DNA of 64,000 bases from Amoebophrya sp. A120. Taxonomy: Eukaryota > Protista > Dinoflagellata. Shown here piece after piece: positions 44,818-56,158 of the stretch. Positions within the stretch are counted from its first letter, which is position 1. Every line of letters starts with the position of its first letter. Below the pieces are notes generated by a model that was not told the origin of the DNA, did not search any database, and saw only the letters and a program-made list of their open reading frames with translations. The stretch lies in contig CAJINV010000001.1 in NCBI GenBank assembly GCA_905178155.1, positions 2,718,089-2,782,088 of the forward strand. The letters run 5' to 3'. The position numbers were made by a program, and so were the translations under genes.

Positions 44818-47800
44818 ATGAACGTCCCGTGTGAGAGTTTGAATGACACGACGCTGCTGGAGCGTCGCTATTTGCTGCAGCGTCTGCTGATCTCGAATCA
44901 CGAGCAGTTGGGAATCACCAGCCGGAGTAGAACAAAGCATGCTGGCGTGCCGCAAAATAAGCGGCTCGACTTTGGTGTCGTTCCCTTCATCGGCAAGGTT
45001 GACGACTACTCCCTCCCCTCCCATAGCCGCCAGCAGGAGCCCTTCGACGCGCGGAAGCACCGCTCCGGATACCTAGCCGGCAGGCGAAGTGGCACGAGAT
45101 GGACAAATCGCGGACCTGTACCGGAGCCGGTTCTGCCGCCACCGGAAGGAACTTTCGGAACCGGCGCTCGCAGGTGGAGCGACGAGCACGGCGATTCCAG
45201 TACCTTGCCGGGGGAAGGCAAGTCGCGGTCGGAGGGCGCTTCGCTGCGACCGAACGGCCGGTTGTCCGCCTCGCCGAGGCGGAACTTCGCTTCGACCAGT
45301 AGCAACGCCACCGGGTGGCCTGTTTCGGCGCAGCTTCCCTTCGGGATATTAACAGGCAGTGGCTCAGCTGAAGATCGAAGACAGCAGGCCGAGGTGCTGC
45401 CGCTTCTTCTCCAAACGCGCGACGATGCAGTGTGGTCGAAGCCTCGCTGGAAGCAGTTTCTCGACCTCGGTCGTCGTTTCGCCGCGACAAAAAAGCTCGT
45501 AGATCGAACGTTTCGAAATAAGTCTTCGAAAGCAAGAACTACAGGGGTGCAACTTGCTGAGGATGACGCGCCTGAAAGTCGCGCGAACTTCACTACAGCT
45601 GTGGATCATTTGCAAAGAGAGTTTGCCGGACCGGAGAGTTTCGAAAGCTCAGCGCCGTACGCCGGCTACGGAACAGGTGCTTCGGCGGTGTTTCCAGGAG
45701 CAGGCCGAATAAATGCAGACGGTGGAGTCTCTGCTTCATCGCAACTCGGAGCGGCTGCAAACAGTATCGACTGCCCGCCACCCCCGCTGGATGTGCTTTG
45801 TGCAAGTGCCAGCTCGTTGACTCCCGCGGGACCAAGATCTTTGTCCGCCAGCGCTGCTGACGATCCCGCGATCGTGAAGCTTCCAAGCATATTGAAGAAG
45901 CCGTCACCAATAACGATGCCTGGAACAGCACCCGCAGGGGCCTTTGAAGAAGATTGTCTTGGAACAGCCGCGACCGAGACGCAAGTGCCTCCCGCAGCGG
46001 AGACGCCACAGCTGGGGCTTTTCCCTGTCGAGTTGAAGCGCGTTTCGAATGGCGGCCTTTCTTCCATCCCGCTTGGCGCCAACGACAACATCCGTGCTTT
46101 ACTGGGCTTGGAAGACAAACCTGAACTGCAGTCCTCGACGGGAGAGAACCAAGGGACGACAGAAGATGGAATCGCAGAAAGCGAGAGTGGTGCTACTGGT
46201 ACTACGGATGCACCAGCCAAAAGAACCTCTGCTGTCGATGCACACCTTCCTCCTGGCCAGCGCACTTCTGCGATTTTCAACAACCAGCAGCAGTCTTCTG
46301 CATCAGAAACCGCTGGTGCTTCAGGTGTAGACTTCGACAAGCCATCCGGGACCCTCGACGAGCTTGCGGCGCGAGTTGGGACCTTCCGCACTTCGCGGTC
46401 CACCGATCAGCGCCGGAAAACGATATCTGCCATTACCTCCGGCGGTTTACTGGATTTCGGAGGTCTGGTCTTCGGATCGAAAAATGGTAGCGACCACACA
46501 GGAATAATTTCTCCCGGGGGACCACCAGCAGGGACCACCGGAGTAGAACAAACTCCTTTCGGCGCGTCACCCTCGACGAGCCGCCGCAGTGCCGCCTCTA
46601 AGATGGACACGGTGTTAGAGCAGGGGGAGGACGCAGCTGCGCTTAGCCAATCCAGTGCTGTGGCCGGCAGTCCTATGGCATCTTCCCCGGGAGGAGGTAC
46701 TGTTGTCGCCCGGAGTCCGCGAGCCCGGTTCGCCCGGGCCGCGACGGTCGAGGTGGGCGCCCTGTCATCCCGACCGAGCATCAGTGCGGCATCTAGCAGT
46801 CCGTTTGGCACGGCCAATGCGCAAGGCGGCGGGGCGACTTCCAGTTTGCTCGGGTCCGCGGCGGTGTCCAGGCAAAGCCAGCGGCGAAACTGGAAGGAGC
46901 GGGAACAGCAGCTTTTCAACGAGAACTTAAAGCGGCACGTGAAGACGGTCAGGAACACCGTCTCCGCGGTGAAAAGCTACGTTGACGGCGGCGGGGCGGG
47001 GGCGCAGCAGCAGGAGAATGGTAGTACTAGTGGCTCACCAATTAGAACTTCGGTTGGGCGGATCAGTCAAACACTTGGGGCGGGACTTGGTGATGGATTG
47101 GCCGGCGGCGCGACAGGCGGCGTCGACGGCGCGGAGCTGCAGTTCGGTGGCTCTGATGGGCAAGCAGAGACTGGCTCGGGCGATAATGTTACCAGAGGCG
47201 ACATTCCAATTAATACTCCGGGCGGAGGACATCAGCAGGATCAATCACCGCAACCAACACCAGTTTCGCCTCCTTCGTTCTTGCGAAACAGCAAGAAAAC
47301 GATTCTTCGTTCGCAAACGATGTCAACATCGTCCCCGCTGAAGAAAAAGGCGACAATTGAGGAGTTTAGATTCGAGAAGGCCATCCCGCTCATTCCCGAC
47401 GAAAAAGATAAACCATCAATATCGAAGGACTTTCTGATGTCCAGCAGTTCATCTTCCGGCGCAAAGGGACCGGAGGAAGAGAGCAAGAGCAAAGAAAAAG
47501 CGACAGAGCCACCTGACGCGCTAGCAGCGGGGAAGAAGATACTAGAGGAAGGCTCGACCGCCGCAGGAAGTGCAATGACTGCCGGTTCTTCAAAGCTAGA
47601 GATGAACAAAACCACCGGCAGTGCCGAAACGACCTCGACCGCCACAGTTGTAGCGAGTCCTGCAGCCTCACCGATCGCCCCAACTGCTACTTCCCCTCCG
47701 GTCGCCGCCGCCAGCACCAGCATCCGACGTTTCACGCGCACCGGGATCCCCATCATATCACAGCAACCCAACATCACGGGAGACGCGCCAGGGGGCGGCT

Positions 47801-50800
47801 CGGCCCGACACCGACCGGTTCGGCGTGCGTCGTTGGTGCGAGACCCGTCGGGCCGAATCAGTTTCATTTCGGCAGCGGACTTCCGCAGGGTGGGAACGAC
47901 CGGCGGACTCCTGGGGAGTAGTAACAGCCAAGACACGAGCCCCAGTTTGACGGGCGCGTCGCCCCTCCACACGACCAAAAGCGGTTCCGGCACGGGGTCG
48001 GAGAGCATGCCACTCTCGGCCTACCGCAGAGGGTCAATTTTCAAGGGCGTGAAAAAAATCGAGGACCTTGGGCTGGGCGATCGGGGGATCCCGCTCTTCC
48101 AGAACAAAGCCAAGCGGTTGTCAATCGAGGAAGGGAAAACGTTGAAAGCGTTGCAAAAGTCCGACTCGCTACTGTCAGATGTCGAGGAGGACGAGGATGT
48201 GGATGTTGCGGGAAACAAGAAGAGCGCTGAAACAAAAAAGGACCTCGCGGACGATACAGAGGAAAATCGAAAAGGCGACTCGGAGAAGTCTAAGTCAAAA
48301 ACGACCGCGACCGGTGAAAGCAGAGGACTAGTGGTTGCTGAGAACAAAGAGAGCACGTTATTTTCCTCACCGGCAGGAGCTTCATCCGACACAGACGCAA
48401 AATCAAGCTCCGCACCTCTTTTCCCAGCGGATCAGAAAGTGATGAAAACCTCTACCCCAGCAGAAGAAGACTTAGTACGCCTGCTCCCAGTCGTGGCACA
48501 AGCCGTGTTGCAGAAGATCTACGCGGATTACGCGTTAAGCGCAATCCGCCTCGAGAACCAGGTCAACGTAAGCCGCCAGCCACGCCGCAGCAGTTTGAAA
48601 TCATCCTCCTCCGTTACGACCGGGGGAGCGAGTGCAGGACCTCCGACATCCTCTCGCCGCTTGTCCGTCACCTTGACGGACACTCCGCCCGACCAACAGA
48701 CGTTTCTCGTGGACAAGCGGGAGACCGAGCAATTCGAAGATAACGGCGAGGAGAGCTATAAAAACGATTCATATAGTTATAGTATTAGTAAGAAAAATAC
48801 ATCGAGGCCGCAGCGCATCAAACTGGCGATGAAGGCGACATTGATGATGGAAGGCGATGAGTTGGAAGACGAAGACGAGGAACAACAACAAACTGGGGGT
48901 GCAGCTTCTCTCAATGCAAGCGGAAAAAATCTGCAAAATTATCCCGACAAGAGTGCGAGCAGCTCCTCGGCAGGCGAGACCAGCCAGAGCGACCGGGATT
49001 ACAATTCTACTAATGTGAACAAGAACTATGCTTCTTCCCGATTCTCTGCGAAGTCGCCGGACGACCGGGTGAAGCAAATTTCGCGACAGCTCCGTCGGCG
49101 TTTGCAGAGCGCTGTGATGGACCGCGCCAAGGACGGGCGGTGGGATCGAAAGACCACGTTTTTCGGACGGCGGTCCACCGAACGGGGTGTGAACCCGCGG
49201 GATTTAGGGGAGATGTTCCACGTGCGCTACTTTACGTTCGTCATGCACTTCCCGGAGGCGAAGTTGCTGATCGACCGACTGGCGTGGCAGCACGAGAAAA
49301 AGGGCCGCATGCTATCGGAGGAAAATCTCGAAGGCGTTTTTGAAGAAGTGCAGTCCGCGTTGTCCGGGCTGCTGCTGGGGTATGTGAAAGGTATTTACTA
49401 ATTAGTGCTGTTTGGTCGTGTTCATCGAGTGCAGTCAATATGCTGACGTTGATTGTGTTTGTGTCTTGCTGCCATGCGTGGCTAGCTGCTATGGTAGATG
49501 TAGATCTTTGTGCAAAAATCCCCAATTTTTATCGATCCGAAAAATCCAGATGCTCTGGAAGCCCAGACGTCTCAGAAGAAGCAGGCGAGCACGGAGAGCG
49601 TGCGTGCGGACCGGTGTGTAGATTTTCTGATGGAGGTCGGACTTCACCCCCTGGTCGAGGAAGAGGAGAAAATATTGAAGGAAACCCTGCACAAATACCT
49701 GCGCCTGAACCTCATGCCATCCACGGCGTCGGGAACGACTGGTGCGTTTTCGCTGGCGGGAATAGGAGGTACAAACATGCTTGGAGGTGCTGGATCAAGT
49801 AGTCCTCCTGGCGCGGGTGGCGGGAACAATACGAAATCAATTTTTAGTGACACTAGTCCGAGTTCTTCTACCAGTCCGACTGGGATCATGATGAACAGGC
49901 CGAATGGGACGAATGGCAACCGCGGCGGGGACCAAAATACCAATTCGATTTTCTCACCCTCAAATTCTGGCGCGAACAAAAACGGCGGGCTGACGTTGAG
50001 CAGCCCAAATCATGGAGCAGGTGGAACCAATGGAACTGCTTCGCCCTCAAAGAACAGTTTTTTCGCCGGCGGTTTCGATGCTGTGAACCGTAGGAATTCC
50101 ACGAACGCGAAGGCACTGTCGAAGGCGCTTCCGTACGAAATTCTGCGGAAAATCCATATGCAGCCGAGTGACGTGGTGAAAGTAGTTATCCTGAGAAAAA
50201 AGTGCTACAGTTACACACTCTGATGGAAGACAAGCAAGACAGATAAACTCTGTCATGCAGGAAATGCGTGCCACCCTCATTTCATTCGTGTTTTCGCCTT
50301 ATAGTCTGCGCAACACAGGTTTTCTTTGCCATGTCGAGCAGCTTTGTGATGCAGAAAGTCCAACAAATGTGTAACTGTATGTAACACTTTTTTCCTGTGA
50401 TAGTAGTGAAGGAGACACTGGAAAACTTCCAAGCCGTCTATGACGACCAGAAAACCAAGGTGATTGAGGACTACGACCTGAACAAACAAGTTTTACCCAC
50501 GTTCCAACGCGGCGGGGCCGCGAGTTCCTTCTCCCCGACTTCGTCCAGGCCGTGCTCGCCGATGGGAATAGTTGGTGGGCCGTTCTCACCAGGGAGTGCT
50601 GGTGGTGGTAGTTTATCGAGCGAGGACGAGACGCACATGCTCCGAGACTTGTTGGAGCTGTACAAAGCTTTTTGCGCCATGGACACGGGGAAATGCGGCG
50701 TTCTAGCGGGCAAGCAGCTGGACTCGCTGTCCAGAACGGTGTTCGGCGAGAACCGAGCGGCCAAACAGAAGTATCTGCACAATGTGACACAGGTAGATCT

Positions 50801-52794
50801 GCGGTTTATTGAGTTTCATTCGCTTGTTCTTGCATCTGGTGAGTCGTCGCGCAATGAATGTAGTTCAAAGCACAGCGAGTCTATCTGTCATGGTTGTTTC
50901 ATAGTTAAGTAGCGAAAACCGCATCACAGGTCACCTTCTGCGACTTCCTGCGTCTAGTCCACAAGCGGCGCCTGGACGACTTGGAGGACTTGAAGCTGGA
51001 CCTCTGGCGCATCACGCCCCACCAACAGGATTTAGCCACGCAACCCGACCAAGTAACCGAACTCGAGCTGATGCGCATTCCCGGCCGCCAAACGCTGGAC
51101 GCGTCGGCGTTCGAGAAGCACCAGGAGCTCTACTCTCACACCTTGAAACAGGCAGATGTCTGCCGGATGCTAGGTATGAGCATAGTTGGTTTCTTTTTGG
51201 ATTTGGAACTTGTTAGAATTTTGAAAATGCCAATCCACCCTAGGACTTGCCAATAGAAAATGAAGCAGTGGAGCATTGAGAACTTCGATCTGTCGGCGAT
51301 ATATTATCTATCGACACACATTTTCATTTTTCATCATCAGCCCGTCTCGAGATTTTCCCGAAAACTCGTGCGGAACAGCGGGAGATCCAGGAAATTCTGG
51401 AACTAGTCTTTCCCACTCCCGACGAGGCGCTCACGTTCGACGAGTTCCAGTACCTCTGTCAGAAAATCCAGAACTTGTTGCACTTCAAGTACAGCGAATC
51501 GGAGCTCACTTTCGTGCAACAGTTCTTCTCGCCCCGTCAGGTCAGCCTGTTCCGCAAAAGCTTCGACCGTCTCGCTATGAACGAATACGGTCGGGTGGCG
51601 CTCGCGCAAGTCCGGAATTTTTTGTTGATTTCCTACAAAATCCCCATCGAGCCGACGGAGTTGTGGAAATTTTTAGAGGAAGAAGTTCTGTTGATCCACG
51701 AAAGGAAGGATTTGCTAGCCCCGGGGCCAACAACCACTTCGTCGAAGAAAGGCGGTGCGGGTGCTGCGCACCTTCAGGCTGGGAATAAACAAAGCACCTC
51801 CCGCGGCGGCGTGGAGGGCACATTGAACTCCGCTTCCTCGAACTTGACGCAAAGAAGGATGTCCATCAAGCGGCGCAGCGTGCACGACGTGAAGACCGCG
51901 GCGGTGCTGGCAAACATGAAGGACGCATTGCTGAGTCAAGCGGCCATGGCCGCAGGGGCGGCGATCGGGGATATCAGTGCGAAGACAGTGAACACTACTG
52001 CATCCGCGGAGGGAGTAGAGCAAGGTGGAGCCGACGAAAGAGACGGCATGTTCGGAGGACAGTCGCACGAGGGCGGGGCCAACAATGGGTCGCTTTTTCC
52101 GTTGCATGCAATGGACGGGGAGGCACAGGCAGCCCTCGGCTCCCTTTCGCAGCCGCTTGTTTCCGCCGTGATTTCCTCTTCGACCGCGGCTTCGGGCCAT
52201 GATGCGCACTTTTCGCTCGAAGAGCGGATCACAGACAGTAGGGGCGATGTTTTGCATCATGGCGATAGCGCGGATCACCTTCATGTGCAAAGCGGACACG
52301 ACGCAGATCGTGGTTCCGCCGGTGGTACAGCTGTCAGTTCCGGGCATGGAGGTGGCAATGCCGATCCTGGTAGTGCTGCGGGGCACGGAGGACAAAGCCC
52401 TGCGACACAGAATTTCGATAGCACCGCTGATCATTCCGGCGGGGGAACTGGGTCTAATCCCAAGCAAAACGCACCCTCCGGAGGTCCAACCGCTACTATC
52501 AACGCACCGCCTGGTGCCGGCCAGAAAAAACCGGCGGCCGCGATGGGCCGGAGACAAACAATCGTACGCCGCGAGGGGGCGTACCGACCCCCGGATGCGA
52601 ACCCGCTTGCCATGGAGTACGGCGGTGCGGCGCGCATTTCTTCGGGATTTGGAGTTGGCGGCGGACAGCACCAAATGACGCTGCAGATTTTGCAAGAAGT
52701 CGGGCTCAGTTTCGACCAGTTTATCGTGGTGCTACATTGGGCTTTGTCGGTGAAACGGGCATCGAAGAAAGCAAATGCGAATAAGGCGGGATGA
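44818..52794 (+). CDS. Very large low-complexity protein with C-terminal degenerate EF-hand-like motifs; exons ~44818-49390, 49550-50186, 50408-50792, 50930-51173, 51341-52794
   Basis: Long S/G/T-rich ORFs joined by GT-AG introns (49391-49549, 50793-50929, 51174-51340) and one TIR element; EF-hand-like segments LYKAFCAMDTGKCGVL, VTFCDFL, LTFDEF and LFRKSFDRLAMNEYGRV. Confidence 0.7.
50187..50402. mobile_element. TAT...ATA introner-like element, family C (216 bp), TSD GTAGT
   Basis: 5' TATCCTGAGAAAAAAGTGCTACAGTTACACA and 3' TGTGTAACTGTATGTAACACTTTTTTCCTGTGATA; GTAGT at 50182-50186 and 50403-50407; removal gives DVVKVVKETLENF. Confidence 0.92.
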
Positions 52795-53461
52795 GGACGA
52801 TTGTGTCGGTGGATGCTGTACTGAGCTGCTCCAAGAACAGTGCAACATGGAGTCAATGTAAGATTTTAGAGTTTCATTCCTTGTGGCAGGATACTTTGCA
52901 GCACGTGATTGCCATATCCATGTTTGATTAATAGTAGTTTCGTCTTTGTCTTCGAAGATCAATTTGCTAAAGAGCCAGAACACGGTCAAAAGGCTGTTTC
53001 GTTATTATGGTAAAAAGTGAAGAATGCTATGGATGTAAAATGTGCTAAGTACCAACATAAGTTATCGCTGAAACTGTTTGCTGTAATCATGAGAACCCTC
53101 CCGCAGGAGCCGTGCAAAACGACGCTTCGGGCTGAGTGCGTAAAGCATTTACTGATACCACAAGATGAAATGCAGATGCACCATCTGCATAAGTACTGAA
53201 GAAGACGCGCAAGGACTACCGAAATCTGCAATGACCTTGCAAACTGGTCGTTTCGGCGTAGTTGCAACAGCGCTCTTGAACACGGTGTTCGGCTCCTTTT
53301 CCTGTTCGCAAGATATGCAAAACGCACACACAACTAGAGCTACATGGTCTCCAAATGATCTTTTCACCTCACGGCTTCGTCAGTAATTTCACAATCGTAC
53401 AGTCTATCGGTTTTGATGCCTTCGTTTATCGCCTCCTGAAAAAATCCCATCTCGATTTTGC

Positions 53462-55645
53462 ATGTACTTTCTACGAGTCGACAGATGGAGGACACTTTGC
53501 CACTACGCGCTGGCCCTCTGGCACGCTGAAAAGTTTCTCCTGGTCGCGCACGGCGTTTCGTACCTTTTCCCGACACGGATAGAAAGCACGACTAGCGGCG
53601 CAGCTTTCACCGATGATCTACTTACACGTGCAGAGGAAAACGAGGATGACCCGGCCACGTTCTCGTCGCCTCTCCCAAAAAAAAAAGGTGGAGGCGGTCG
53701 CGGAGGTACAGCCGCAAGAGCAAAAACGTCCAGGGCGGCGAGCCATCAAGCCCGCGCCATCCAGCGCTACACTGCTCGTTACCAGCGGAAGACCACGATT
53801 GTTGAGAATCTCGCGAAGAACGGGTGGATTGCAGAGCGCGCCGCCGACATTGAGCCGACGATTCTCGCGGGCCTGCAGCACATCTACCGGAACATCGATG
53901 GGAAGGAATGCGACGGACTCATCCCTGCGGTGCTCGTGCCAGACGGCAGCGCACCGGATTGCGAGGTGATCTGCGCGCTGACCGAGCAGTGCGAGGCCTG
54001 GCAATTCTACAACGGCACCTGCTACTGGGGCAACCCGTTCCCCGAGCGCTGCAAAGGCGACCGGGACTTCTATCCGCCGCGGCCGGCGGGGGAGGTGGAG
54101 GAAGAGGCGGACTGGTACAACTCTGAAAATGGCAGCGCCAGCCTGTGGCCAAAGTTTCGAAGGGACGAGCCGAAGTTTCGGCCGGGAGATCCGGTCAGCG
54201 CGGCGTACAATAGAAGAGTGGTGGGTGGTCGGTTGCGGTGGTTCGCGTGGAAATTCGCAAACAGCCGGTGGTACGAGACCTTGCGACTCTACTCGGAAAA
54301 GCAGAAGTTATGGGATTTTGTGGAACAGTGGGAGAGAGAGCAAACAAAAACAATAGGGAACGAAAAGGGTTCTTACGGTCAGGTGGATTCTTCATCTTTC
54401 CTCACTTCCTTCGACCGAATGCGGCTCGCTTACCGCGTTGGCACGAATGAGGACAGACAGTCTATGGAATTCTGCCAACGAGAGGACAACAAAGAAACCG
54501 ACTACCCCTGGGCCCGTCACGTGGACGACGGCGCGGAGCTGCGGAAGCAGAAGCTGTCTGAAACCTCCCGGTACTCCCTGCTGCGCCTCCGCAGCGCGAT
54601 TCCGGCGCACCTGCGCACGGGGCGGTTTCTGAATTTTGGCATTGGACCGTGTCACGTGTCCGACCCGTTGCACCCCTTTTTCCACCATCAATTGGTGAGA
54701 GAAGATGCAGAGAAAGTGGATTCTCCGCCCTTGAATGGCTTCGGGTTCGAACGCTCTTTCGACGAGTTTGACGAGGAAGATTTCGCCGCCGTGGGCGTTG
54801 ATGTCGCGTCTACTTCCGGCGCAGAAGTGGCACCAGGGAGCAACTACAGGGAAAAAGATAAATTCGCAGAAAATTCATTTTCATCAAGCGCCGACGAACA
54901 GGCAGAGGACGAGGAGGAAACAGGCCAAGCCGCAAGGCTTCGCAAGGGCTGCAAGTACTACCGGAACACCACAGTGATTTTTGACACTGTGACGCCAACG
55001 AATTTCCTACCAACGCTGCGCAATAACGCCCCGGACTGGTTTTCTTCACCGGAAGATGAGCACGAAGATCATGGAGAACTACAAGTTCCTAAAAATCCGA
55101 TTGAGTTCTTCATTCTGGACATTGATTCCCACGACTATCAAATTCTTCGGGAAATGGTGACTTCGAAAATCCCGGTTCTCGTGTACATGATCGAAATCGC
55201 CACCCACTTCCCCCCACCGCTCAAGTACGCAAACGTGTACCAGCCCGAGCAGGTGTCCGAGGCCAGCCGCAAGGTGGAAACCGGCGAGACTGGGAAGCAC
55301 TCGGTGAATTTTGAGCTTCTTTCTGGTTTGAGCTTTTCCCTCGCGTTAGACTTGCTGAAAGACACGCACGACTTCTTCATGTTCCCGGATATGGGCGATG
55401 CGGTCTTCACGCACAAGTCGTTGCGGCCGTACTTGGAAAAGGAGTACGGCGTGAGGCTCCCGTTTGATGAGTTTTTGTGTTTCGCAAAGTCCCATCTGTG
55501 GTTCATGTACCCGACGGACATCGTCGCGCAGTGGGGCTTTCTCCGGGGGTTTGACAGTTTGCATGACATGCTCCCCTGGGTGTACCGGAATATTTCCGCC
55601 TCGGTGGAAGATGGGGTGAACCACCAGTTTATGCTGTACATCTAG
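53462..55645 (+). CDS. FkbM-like SAM-dependent methyltransferase with a PAN/apple-like cysteine module
   Basis: FLNFGIG...DP, VTPTNF, IEFFILDIDSHDYQIL and MIEIATHFPPP match the pattern of FkbM-like methyltransferases; CEVICALTEQCEAWQFYNGTCYW is PAN-like. Confidence 0.65.
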   Translation: MYFLRVDRWRTLCHYALALWHAEKFLLVAHGVSYLFPTRIESTTSGAAFTDDLLTRAEENEDDPATFSSPLPKKKGGGGRGGTAARAKTSRAASHQARAIQRYTARYQRKTTIVENLAKNGWIAERAADIEPTILAGLQHIYRNIDGKECDGLIPAVLVPDGSAPDCEVICALTEQCEAWQFYNGTCYWGNPFPERCKGDRDFYPPRPAGEVEEEADWYNSENGSASLWPKFRRDEPKFRPGDPVSAAYNRRVVGGRLRWFAWKFANSRWYETLRLYSEKQKLWDFVEQWEREQTKTIGNEKGSYGQVDSSSFLTSFDRMRLAYRVGTNEDRQSMEFCQREDNKETDYPWARHVDDGAELRKQKLSETSRYSLLRLRSAIPAHLRTGRFLNFGIGPCHVSDPLHPFFHHQLVREDAEKVDSPPLNGFGFERSFDEFDEEDFAAVGVDVASTSGAEVAPGSNYREKDKFAENSFSSSADEQAEDEEETGQAARLRKGCKYYRNTTVIFDTVTPTNFLPTLRNNAPDWFSSPEDEHEDHGELQVPKNPIEFFILDIDSHDYQILREMVTSKIPVLVYMIEIATHFPPPLKYANVYQPEQVSEASRKVETGETGKHSVNFELLSGLSFSLALDLLKDTHDFFMFPDMGDAVFTHKSLRPYLEKEYGVRLPFDEFLCFAKSHLWFMYPTDIVAQWGFLRGFDSLHDMLPWVYRNISASVEDGVNHQFMLYI

Positions 55646-56158
55646 ATAGAACAAGCGTTCTTGTTTTCGAGTCTGACCATAGACGCATAGAAACGGAGTT
55701 GCATCTGGTGCTCAGGATCTTCGATTAACAACGAAGTCGTGCTTGAACAGTTCTTACGCGTTGGCTCCGGATACATATCGCCTCGCTTTCGCCGCTCCGT
55801 CATGGTGCGCAACTCCTTTCATGAACTGAACACGAAATCCTTGACGCGCAAACGCAAAGCGTGCGAGCTCCCATCTCAGCGATGCTGCAGTTTTTTGTTT
55901 TCGCTGCGAAAAAATCGATCGTTGTTCGTTCAATCTATCTAGATCTACACTCATCACTGGTCTCTAGAGCGAAAAGAGATTGAGAGAGAGTCTATATGGC
56001 AGTTCTTCTTCCAAAAGGCTAAACTTCAACTTTCAAATGGATGAAATGATTCGTACACATCCATCGGACCACTTTTTCTGTCTCTCAAGAGTGAAGAGCA
56101 CGCGTGTTGTTTTTGGTTTTTTCGTTGATGTCCTCGGCGTGAGTCATCTTCCACAAAA

